Source: a virus
Virus genome (UHGV): UHGV-0378151
Direction: 5' to 3' (one strand)
DNA length: 6,071 nt
In this document: in pieces, positions 1-5,490 of the stretch
Position numbering within the stretch: position 1 is the first letter of the stretch
How the letters are laid out: every line of letters begins with the position of its first letter
The notes under the pieces: model-generated
Told to the model about the DNA's origin: nothing
Databases searched by the model: none
The model's input: the letters and a program-made list of their open reading frames with translations, nothing else
Translations under genes and position numbers: made by a program

Positions 1-117
1 CCTTTTCAGGGTCGGCAAAATTAGCCAGCAAGCGACGGATAATTACGGGGATTTCAGCCGCGACCTTCTCCGGCAAATCCTTGTCTTTTTCGTCCTCCCT
101 TACAATGTTGTCGAACC
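1..117. repeat. Left copy of 117-bp inverted repeat (window-truncated, may extend further left)
   Basis: Bases 1-117 equal the reverse complement of 741-857 at 115 of 117 positions (mismatches at 62 vs 796 and 111 vs 747). Both copies encode the same peptide NIVREDEKDKDLPEKVAAEIPVIIRRLLANFADPEK on opposite strands. Confidence 0.9.
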
Positions 118-739
118 GGAAAATCACCCGACGGCGTGACACACCTCCGGCCCGCTCGGTGAATATCATCGGGTTATTGTTGGTAGCCAGCACCACCGCC
201 CTGATTACCGCCGTGAAACGCTTTTCATATTTCGGGTTAATTTCCACGGGGTCGCCGCCTGTGATTTTCTTGATGCCCGTTCCTTCGCCTGTATATTTCG
301 GCTGGTCAGCCAGGACGATAAGACGACTCCCGACAACCTGAGCACGCCCACCAGCATCATCAAGCGAAGTCATTTCAGCGCTTACCGTGTTCTGTTTCCC
401 TGCCAGAAGGCTGGCTATGTGTGTGAATGTACTTTTACCGCTACCGCCCTCTCCGGTGGCCTCAATAAACATCTGCCAGTCGTACCGGTTCGCCATAATC
501 ATGTACAGCGCGGCACATATACGCATCATCTTGCGCGAGTCTTTTCCGGCTGCGTGCTCAAGCCATTTATGAAAGTTTGGCGCGTTATCGCGGATGTTCT
601 CCCCTGGTGCTGGTGGCGTGTACTCAATGCCGTTGTTCGTGGTGATCCAGTTCTCCGGCGTGTGCGGGGAAAATTCCCCCGTTTTCAGGTCAAGCGCACC
701 ATTGGCGAACGGCAGCAAATCGCCGGACGGCTCGCCCAT
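1..739 (-). CDS. P4-family phage/plasmid primase-helicase, central ATPase fragment (partial; 3' end runs off window start; N-terminal primase domain absent)
   Basis: Own minus-strand translation is open from the stop at 866-868 down to position 1. It reads ...LPFANGALDLKTGEF...IEATGEGGSGKSTFTHI (Walker A P-loop, about 428-454)...SRLIVLADQ (Walker B-like, about 305-322)...VIFRFDNIVREDEKDKDLPEKVAAEIPVIIRRLLANFADPEK. First Met is at 737-739. Not in the ORF track because it is window-truncated. Confidence 0.65.
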   Translation of the reverse strand, partial: MGEPSGDLLPFANGALDLKTGEFSPHTPENWITTNNGIEYTPPAPGENIRDNAPNFHKWLEHAAGKDSRKMMRICAALYMIMANRYDWQMFIEATGEGGSGKSTFTHIASLLAGKQNTVSAEMTSLDDAGGRAQVVGSRLIVLADQPKYTGEGTGIKKITGGDPVEINPKYEKRFTAVIRAVVLATNNNPMIFTERAGGVSRRRVIFRFDNIVREDEKDKDLPEKVAAEIPVIIRRLLANFADPEK

Positions 740-1210
740 TGGTTCGGCAACATTGTAAGGGAGGACGAAAAAGACAAGGATTTGCCGGAGAAGGTTGCGG
801 CTGAAATCCCCGTAATTATCCGTCGCTTGCTGGCTAATTTTGCCGACCCTGAAAAGGCACGGGCTTTATTACTGGAACAGCGCGACGGTGATGAAGCACT
901 GGCGATAAAGCAACAGACGGATCCGGTTATTGAGTTTTGCCAGTTCCTGAATTTTCTGGAGGAAGCGCGCGGCCTGATGATGGGTGGCGGTGGCGATTCC
1001 GTGAAGTACACGACCAGAAACAGCCTTTACCGCGTCTATCTGGCGTTTATGGCATACGCAGGCAGGAGCAAACCGCTAAACGTGGCTGAGTTCAGCAAGG
1101 CCATGAAGCCAGCGGCAAAAGTTTACGGACATGAATATATTACGCGGAGAGTTAAGGGAGTAACGCAGACCAACGCAATTACAACTGATGATTGTGACGC
1201 GTTTTTATAA
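419..1210 (+). CDS. Primase C-terminal domain ORF; only 741-1210 is primase-like, the first ~108 codons are antisense to the minus-strand ATPase core (likely chimeric or disrupted gene)
   Basis: ORF track 419-1210. From 741 it reads ...NIVREDEKDKDLPEKVAAEIPVIIRRLLANFADPEKARALLLEQRDGDE...DCDAFL, continuing exactly where the minus-strand fragment stops being homologous. No in-frame ATG or GTG exists between 741 and about 975. Iterons follow immediately downstream, as expected after a P4-type primase gene. Confidence 0.55.
   Translation: MCECTFTATALSGGLNKHLPVVPVRHNHVQRGTYTHHLARVFSGCVLKPFMKVWRVIADVLPWCWWRVLNAVVRGDPVLRRVRGKFPRFQVKRTIGERQQIAGRLAHWFGNIVREDEKDKDLPEKVAAEIPVIIRRLLANFADPEKARALLLEQRDGDEALAIKQQTDPVIEFCQFLNFLEEARGLMMGGGGDSVKYTTRNSLYRVYLAFMAYAGRSKPLNVAEFSKAMKPAAKVYGHEYITRRVKGVTQTNAITTDDCDAFL
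741..857. repeat. Right copy of 117-bp inverted repeat
   Basis: Reverse complement matches 1-117 with 2 mismatches; one is synonymous (GTT/GTC Val), one changes Gly to Asp. Confidence 0.9.
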
Positions 1211-1224
1211 TTTTTTGTAAAAGT

Positions 1225-1448
1225 CCTCTACCCCATCCACCTGAATGAAATAAACGCATATTATTCAACATGATAAGTGGGTAGAGGGCTAGGTAGAAGG
1301 CTAATAAAACCTCTCTACCTCTTCTACCATGATTAAGATCGTTTGTGAGGGGCGGGTAGAGGATGGGTAGAGGGCCACGAAAGCCCTCTACCCATCTGAA
1401 AGCCGCGCCATTACTGACATGAAAGATGATTAGGTAGAGAGGTAGAGG
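1225..1448. repeat. Iteron array, putative origin of replication
   Basis: About 10 copies of GGTAGAGG or near variants in both orientations: direct at 1280, 1292, 1355, 1366, 1433, 1441; inverted CCTCTACC at 1225, 1312, 1321, 1385. Includes an inverted pair GGGTAGAGGGC / GCCCTCTACCC at 1365-1393. Non-coding, directly after the primase stop at 1210. Confidence 0.7.
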
Positions 1449-1496
1449 AGGTGCACCACAACCTAAAACTTTTTAAACACGAGAGTAAAAATAAAA

Positions 1497-1775
1497 ATGC
1501 ACACATCAGGAAGATTTAACAAATCACTCAAAAAACGCAAAGACAGAACAGCACCAAGATATAAAGCGCTGGAGATGACAGAGCACGCCTTAAAGGTGGC
1601 TATAAAGGTGATAGACATCACAGCGGGAGAAGGATACTCGAAAGCACATCCCGAACTAATAAGCGCATTCATGACCACGGCGGCGGCAAACTTTGCCACG
1701 CTGACAGAGCGGGAGATTGCAGAAGCGGAACAGGTAACAACCATCAACGTTAAAACCGGAGAGCAGACAGCATGA
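1497..1775 (+). CDS. Hypothetical 92-aa protein, translationally coupled to downstream SSB
   Basis: ORF track. Its TGA stop (1773-1775) overlaps the ATG (1772-1774) of the next gene as ATGA. No family recognised. Confidence 0.5.
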   Translation: MHTSGRFNKSLKKRKDRTAPRYKALEMTEHALKVAIKVIDITAGEGYSKAHPELISAFMTTAAANFATLTEREIAEAEQVTTINVKTGEQTA

Positions 1776-2182
1776 CAGCACAGATAGCGGCTTACGGGCG
1801 GCTGGTGGACGACCCGCAGGTAAAACAGACCAGCAAGGGCACACCAATGACGCTGGCACGTATGGCGGTATCGTTGCCATGTAGTCAGGCGCAGGATGGG
1901 CAGGCTACGTTATGGCTATCGGTGATGGCATTTGGTAAGCAGGCCGACTTCCTGGCTAAACATCAAAAAGGCGACGTTGCCAGCGTATCCGGCACGATGC
2001 AGGTCAGCCAGTGGACCGGACAGAACGGGGAAACGCGGCAGGGTTATCAGGTTATTGCAGACAGCGTAATCAGTGCCCGTGCGGCACGTCCTGGCGGGAA
2101 CAGACGCAAAACCACAGGCACACAGGGTAATCAGCCACCAGCGGGAGGCGATGACCCTTACGGTGATGATATTCCGTTCTGA
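1772..2182 (+). CDS. Short single-stranded DNA-binding protein (SSB family)
   Basis: 136 aa. N-terminal OB-fold pattern resembling E. coli SSB (YGRLVDDPQVK...WLSVMAFGKQADFLAKHQKGDVASVSGTMQVSQWTGQNGETR), a Gly/Pro/Gln-rich linker, and the characteristic acidic C-terminal tip DDIPF. Confidence 0.8.
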   Translation: MTAQIAAYGRLVDDPQVKQTSKGTPMTLARMAVSLPCSQAQDGQATLWLSVMAFGKQADFLAKHQKGDVASVSGTMQVSQWTGQNGETRQGYQVIADSVISARAARPGGNRRKTTGTQGNQPPAGGDDPYGDDIPF

Positions 2183-2192
2183 GGGGGTGAGG

Positions 2193-2465
2193 ATGGTACA
2201 TGACCGCATAGCGGAGGAACTCGAGGCAAAAGGCTTTTACCGGAGGGCGGCGGCACGATGGGGTGAAGTCATGCAGCTGGTGGAGACAGACAAGGAACGG
2301 CATCAGGTTACGATGCGACGGCTGGAATGTTCCAGGAAGGCACAGAGGCCACCGGAGCCGCCGGATAACTTCGGAGACCTGAGAAAGGCAGTCGATCGCA
2401 CTTATGCTGAAATGGGTATAGATGGTGTAAGCGATGAAATATGGCGTAATTACCCAGGCAGCTAA
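2193..2465 (+). CDS. PerC-family-like small transcriptional regulator
   Basis: MVHDRIAEELEAKGFYRRAAARWGEVM... resembles the conserved N-terminal motif of PerC/Pch-type regulators as I remember it. Start taken at ATG 2193, preceded by GAGGGGG (2181-2187). The track start at 2073 would overlap the SSB 3' end in another frame. Confidence 0.55.
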   Translation: MVHDRIAEELEAKGFYRRAAARWGEVMQLVETDKERHQVTMRRLECSRKAQRPPEPPDNFGDLRKAVDRTYAEMGIDGVSDEIWRNYPGS

Positions 2466-2471
2466 TCAACA

Positions 2472-2493
2472 GCCGGAGTAATCCGGCTTTTTT
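2472..2493 (+). terminator. Rho-independent terminator
   Basis: GCCGGA-GTAA-TCCGGC hairpin followed by a run of 6 T, 7 nt after the stop at 2463-2465. Confidence 0.7.
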
Positions 2494-2505
2494 GTACCCA
2501 AAAAA

Positions 2506-2542
2506 AGCCCGATAAGTACAGGAGGCATCTTATCGGGCTTTT
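2506..2542. terminator. Second hairpin terminator, possibly bidirectional
   Basis: Perfect 11-bp stem AGCCCGATAAG (2506-2516) / CTTATCGGGCT (2529-2539) with a 12-nt loop, an A7 run upstream and T-run downstream. Confidence 0.55.
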
Positions 2543-2621
2543 GCATATGAGGTTTTTTTTGGCGCACTGACACACATGATCGGGATCATCATTTCATAAT
2601 TTGCAACACAACTCAACATCA

Positions 2622-2670
2622 TTGCATAAAATGCAATCATGATTATAATCAGATCTGGATGAACATCCAG
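2622..2670 (+). promoter_or_regulatory. Putative sigma70-type promoter with overlapping palindromic operator-like sites, upstream of the capsid operon
   Basis: TTGCAT (2622-2627), 16-bp spacer, TATAAT (2644-2649). Palindromes: TTGCAT-AAA-ATGCAA (2622-2636), perfect 12-bp TGATTATAATCA (2640-2651) over the -10, and CTGGATG-AA-CATCCAG (2655-2670) near the predicted start. SD AAGAGGA at 2689-2695 before ATG 2706. Confidence 0.45.
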
Positions 2671-2705
2671 TTATGATTTTTTAAGTCAAAGAGGAATTTC
2701 TTACT

Positions 2706-2912
2706 ATGGCTGAAGAGAAAAAAGGCGGTGTTTCGGTGTACATAAGCCCCGACATCGTGAAGGCGCTCAAGGAACGCCACCAGCAGAACGTAAAAGCAGG
2801 CATTGCGGCAGGACTTGATCCGCTGGCGATGGTTGAGCCGTCAACAGGCTGGCAGGTACGCGCCTATTTACGCGCGGCGCTGGGTATGAATCAGGTTCAC
2901 GGGGGTGAATAA
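2706..2912 (+). CDS. Hypothetical 68-aa protein, first gene of capsid operon (possible ribbon-helix-helix fold)
   Basis: ORF track. Its TAA stop overlaps the capsid gene ATG as TAATG at 2910-2914. The segment VSVYISPDIVKALKERHQQ has a strand-then-helix pattern, but this is only a guess. Confidence 0.5.
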   Translation: MAEEKKGGVSVYISPDIVKALKERHQQNVKAGIAAGLDPLAMVEPSTGWQVRAYLRAALGMNQVHGGE

Positions 2913-3967
2913 TGACAGTAAAAGCAATATCACTTAACACTAACCAGCTTTTTGCGTACCTGAATCGCGAGGATATTGCGGAATTTAAATTCAGTCCGCT
3001 GTTTACCGCGCTGTTTTTCCCGAACGTGGCGACATTCAACACACAGGACATCATGTTAGATAACCTGGATATTGAAGAAGTCACTATGTCGGCGTTTTGT
3101 TCGCCTATGGTGGGTAGCCAGGTTCAGCGCGATAAAGGGTACGAAACAAGCATTATTCGCCCTGGCTACATGAAGCCAAAACACGAAATCGATCCATTAA
3201 AAACAATAATGCGCATGGCTGGAGAAGATCCAGCACAGCTTAACGACCCTACCTACCGCCGTATGCGCCTGATTACTGGCAACATGCGCCGCCAGATAAA
3301 CGCCATTAAAGCGCGCGTGGAATGGCTGGCGGTAAATGCGGTAACGACCGGAAAAAACATCATTGAGGGCGAAGGCATAGAGCGCTATGAAATCGACTGG
3401 AAGATACCGGAAAAAAACATCATAGAGCAGGCCGACGGTAAAAAATGGTCAGAGCAGGACAAAGACATACACGACCCAATCTATGACATTGAGCTATACG
3501 CAGATCAGGCAGGTTGCCCCGCAAACGTCATGATTATGGGCGTTGATGTATGGCGCATGTTACGCAGCTTTAAAAAATTCCGTGAACTGTACGATCTCTC
3601 CCGTGGTTCAGAATCCGCCGCAGAGCTGGCATGTAAAAACCTGGGAGAAGTGGTGAGCTTTAAAGGCTATCTTGGTGATCTGGCCCTTATCGTCTATTCC
3701 GGCAAATACACTGACAGCGACGGCACAGAAAAATATTTCCTTGAGCCTGATTTGCTGGTCCTGGGCAACACCAACAATAAAGGGCTGGTGGCCTATGGTG
3801 CGATTATGGAACAGGAAGCGGTAAGAACGGGCGCAACGCAAAACATGTTTTACCCGAAAAACTGGATTGAAGACGGCGATCCGGCGATTGAGTACGTGCA
3901 GACACACAGCGCACCGCAGCCTGTTCCGGCAGATATTCGCAAATTTGTTACCGTCAAAATTGGTTAA
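2912..3967 (+). CDS. Major capsid protein, lambda gpE family
   Basis: 351 aa, colinear with lambda gpE as I recall it: FKFSPLF..LFF, RPGYMKPKHEIDP, EDPAQLNDPTYRRMRLI, WRMLRSFK, SFKGYLGDLALIVYSGKY, LVLGNT, YPKNWIEDGDPA, and a SAP...KI C-terminus. Similar length to gpE (341 aa). Confidence 0.9.
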   Translation: MTVKAISLNTNQLFAYLNREDIAEFKFSPLFTALFFPNVATFNTQDIMLDNLDIEEVTMSAFCSPMVGSQVQRDKGYETSIIRPGYMKPKHEIDPLKTIMRMAGEDPAQLNDPTYRRMRLITGNMRRQINAIKARVEWLAVNAVTTGKNIIEGEGIERYEIDWKIPEKNIIEQADGKKWSEQDKDIHDPIYDIELYADQAGCPANVMIMGVDVWRMLRSFKKFRELYDLSRGSESAAELACKNLGEVVSFKGYLGDLALIVYSGKYTDSDGTEKYFLEPDLLVLGNTNNKGLVAYGAIMEQEAVRTGATQNMFYPKNWIEDGDPAIEYVQTHSAPQPVPADIRKFVTVKIG

Positions 3968-3978
3968 CGGTGGATTCT

Positions 3979-4314
3979 ATGAACACTCCATACATTGAGT
4001 TATTTGCAGGCAGTCAGCAGGTATCAACGACGCTGGTACATTTTGCCGCTGATGCTGGCGTTATTCAGGAATTTACCCCGCTGATGCTGGCGGACAATGG
4101 CGAGTTTAAGCCGTGGGATGGTCAGGAATCTGGCAAGGCTGTTTATCTGACCTCGTACCCCGTTGACACGTCGACGCAGAAATCAGCACAGTGCTATAAG
4201 ACGGGGATATTCAATATCGCCGCCGTTAACTGGCCTGAGAGCGTCGACACCGATGCGAAAAAATGCGCCGCCTTTGCGGGTTCTGGCGTATCCGTTCAGC
4301 CGCTGGCCCGATAA
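3979..4314 (+). CDS. Head decoration protein, lambda gpD family
   Basis: TPLMLADNGEFKPWDGQESGKAVYL...CYKTGIFNIAAVNWPESVDTDAKKCAAFAGSGVSV matches lambda gpD [27 protein letters not shown]...[35 protein letters not shown]. ATG 3979 preferred; the in-frame GTG at 3970 used by the track is an alternative. Confidence 0.85.
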   Translation: MNTPYIELFAGSQQVSTTLVHFAADAGVIQEFTPLMLADNGEFKPWDGQESGKAVYLTSYPVDTSTQKSAQCYKTGIFNIAAVNWPESVDTDAKKCAAFAGSGVSVQPLAR

Positions 4315-4326
4315 GCAGGGGGAACG

Positions 4327-4740
4327 ATGGCAACGAATGAAAGCATCATGGCGCTACCGCTGGCGAGTAAATTTAAAGCCGAAGCGCGGGCAATGGCTGA
4401 CAGAGGGTTATCAACCTACGAGGCCGTATATCAACTCAACAAACTGGAAGAACAGGACAAGCCGCGCGCTGATGCGATTATGGCGCTTCATGAACATAAC
4501 GACTATCAGCCGCTGTTACGTGCAATGGCAAACGTGCCATGTATTAGCGTCGATAATGCTCGTGAAATCCTGAACATGACCATAGAGCAGGAGCGCCCAA
4601 AGGTTGCACCAGAGCTTACCGCAGCCTTTGAAAACTTTATGGACATGCACAGCCCGCAAGCCGTATCAGCTGGCATGGCATACGATGGCAGAAACCAGGG
4701 CGATGACGGCGACATCGATCACATACTGAAAACCATCTGA
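4327..4740 (+). CDS. Hypothetical 137-aa acidic protein, positioned where lambda has FI after the capsid gene
   Basis: ORF track. SD AGGGGGA at 4316-4322. No recognisable similarity to lambda FI or any other family; the functional guess is positional only. Confidence 0.5.
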   Translation: MATNESIMALPLASKFKAEARAMADRGLSTYEAVYQLNKLEEQDKPRADAIMALHEHNDYQPLLRAMANVPCISVDNAREILNMTIEQERPKVAPELTAAFENFMDMHSPQAVSAGMAYDGRNQGDDGDIDHILKTI

Positions 4741-4745
4741 GACAA

Positions 4746-4770
4746 GGCCGGAGAAATCCGGCTTTTTTTT
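4746..4770 (+). terminator. Rho-independent terminator
   Basis: GGCCGGA-GAAA-TCCGGC hairpin followed by T8, directly after the stop at 4738-4740. Near-identical to the hairpin at 2472-2493. Confidence 0.75.
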
Positions 4771-4947
4771 ACGGGTCCTTTCCGGCATATGGACCCGTTA
4801 CGGGGCGGCGACCTCGCGGTTTTTCGCTATTTATGAGCCTTTTCAGGGGGGTGGTGGTGGTTTTGTTGTTTGATCTATCTTTATGAATGAAAAGGGAAAG
4901 ATGCAAGCAATACACCAACCTGAAGCAGTAATTAAGTTGGTGTATTA
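4771..4947 (+). other. cos site 1 (plus orientation): lambda-type cosQ and cosN with a divergent cosB
   Basis: ACGGGTCCTTTCCGG...TTACG / GGGCGGCGACCT / CGCGG-TTTTTCGCTATTTATGA is almost base-for-base the lambda right-end/left-end junction as I recall it. The 12-nt cohesive-end sequence GGGCGGCGACCT is at 4803-4814. Downstream of about 4835 it no longer resembles lambda cosB. A perfect 9-bp inverted repeat TACACCAAC (4911-4919) / GTTGGTGTA (4936-4944) ends 3 nt before the ATG. Confidence 0.8.
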
Positions 4948-5490
4948 ATGAAATCTCATCTGATGAACAAAAAAAACATGGCGAAAAGCTGCCGTGTAAG
5001 TGCGACAGCGTTCGACAAGTGGGGAGTAACTCCCGTTGAGCGTAAAGGCCGTGAGGCGTTTTATGATGTTGCCAGCGTGATAGAAAATAGGGTTAACAAT
5101 GCAATTAGCCAGCTTATAAACGACAAAGGCGAGATTGACGATGATGAACTTTTACGAGTCAGGATCAGATTACTGACAGCACAGGCAGAGGCGCAGGAAC
5201 TTAAAAACGATCGCGATCGCGGTGACGTGATTGATACTGAGTTTTGCCTGTACGCGCTTTCAAAGCTGGCGAGTCAGATTTCATCAATCATGGACAGCCT
5301 CCCGCTTACTATGCAAAGGAGCTTCCCACAGATTACCCCCGCCATGCTGGATAGGCTTAAAAGGGAAGTGGTTAAAGCCTGTAATGCCAGTGCCAGAGTT
5401 GCCGACAACCTCCCACAGATACTGGCTGATTACTTGAAAGAAACAACCGGAAACGTACCGGAAAAGTTGCTACAGAAGAAAGGCGAGTAA
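4948..5490 (+). CDS. Terminase small subunit, lambda Nu1 family
   Basis: Colinear with lambda Nu1: N-terminal region (KSCRVSATAFDKWGV vs ADIFGASIRTIQNWQEQGM) and strongly in the C-terminal half (LTAQAEAQELKNDRDRGDVIDTEFCLYALSKLASQISSIMDSLPLTMQRSFP vs LTRAQADAQELKNARDSAEVVETAFCTFVLSRIAGEIASILDGLPLSVQRRFP). Alternative start at ATG 4963. Confidence 0.9.
   Translation: MKSHLMNKKNMAKSCRVSATAFDKWGVTPVERKGREAFYDVASVIENRVNNAISQLINDKGEIDDDELLRVRIRLLTAQAEAQELKNDRDRGDVIDTEFCLYALSKLASQISSIMDSLPLTMQRSFPQITPAMLDRLKREVVKACNASARVADNLPQILADYLKETTGNVPEKLLQKKGE

Noticed and set aside
81-572. Plus-strand ORFs 81-341 and 387-572
   Set aside because: They lie antisense to the minus-strand primase ATPase core, which has clear P-loop homology. 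Low-complexity, Arg/Ser/Pro-rich translations; most likely chance open frames.
1-857. Assembly artefact as explanation for the 117-bp inverted repeat
   Set aside because: The two copies differ at 2 positions, one synonymous, so this is not a simple collapsed or duplicated read. It cannot be fully excluded without reads.
685-1011. Minus-strand ORF 685-1011 (108 aa)
   Set aside because: Antisense to the primase C-terminal coding region; Ser/Arg-rich with no recognisable similarity.
1225-1448. CRISPR array interpretation of the short repeats
   Set aside because: Repeats are only 8-10 bp, irregularly spaced and in both orientations, with no spacer-repeat periodicity. They fit origin iterons, not CRISPR.
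2073-2192. Long N-terminal extension of the PerC-like ORF starting at ATG 2073
   Set aside because: It would overlap the last 110 bp of the SSB gene in another frame. ATG 2193 has a G-rich SD-like sequence and starts at the conserved-looking region.
1463-2303. Minus-strand ORFs 1463-1747, 1656-1880, 1916-2209 and 2070-2303
   Set aside because: All overlap plus-strand genes, including the well-supported SSB, on the opposite strand. Cys/Arg-rich odd composition. Genes in this window otherwise run on the plus strand.
2767-3907. Minus-strand ORFs 2767-3084 and 3608-3907
   Set aside because: Antisense to the major capsid gene, which has strong gpE homology.
4163-4573. Plus-strand ORF 4163-4573 (136 aa, Arg-rich)
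   Set aside because: Out-of-frame overlap with both the gpD-like gene and the 137-aa gene; composition typical of a spurious frame.
4506-4715. Minus-strand ORF 4506-4715
   Set aside because: Antisense to the 137-aa gene with no supporting signals.
5231-5437. Plus-strand ORF 5231-5437 inside the Nu1-like gene
   Set aside because: Alternative frame fully embedded in a gene with strong Nu1 homology.
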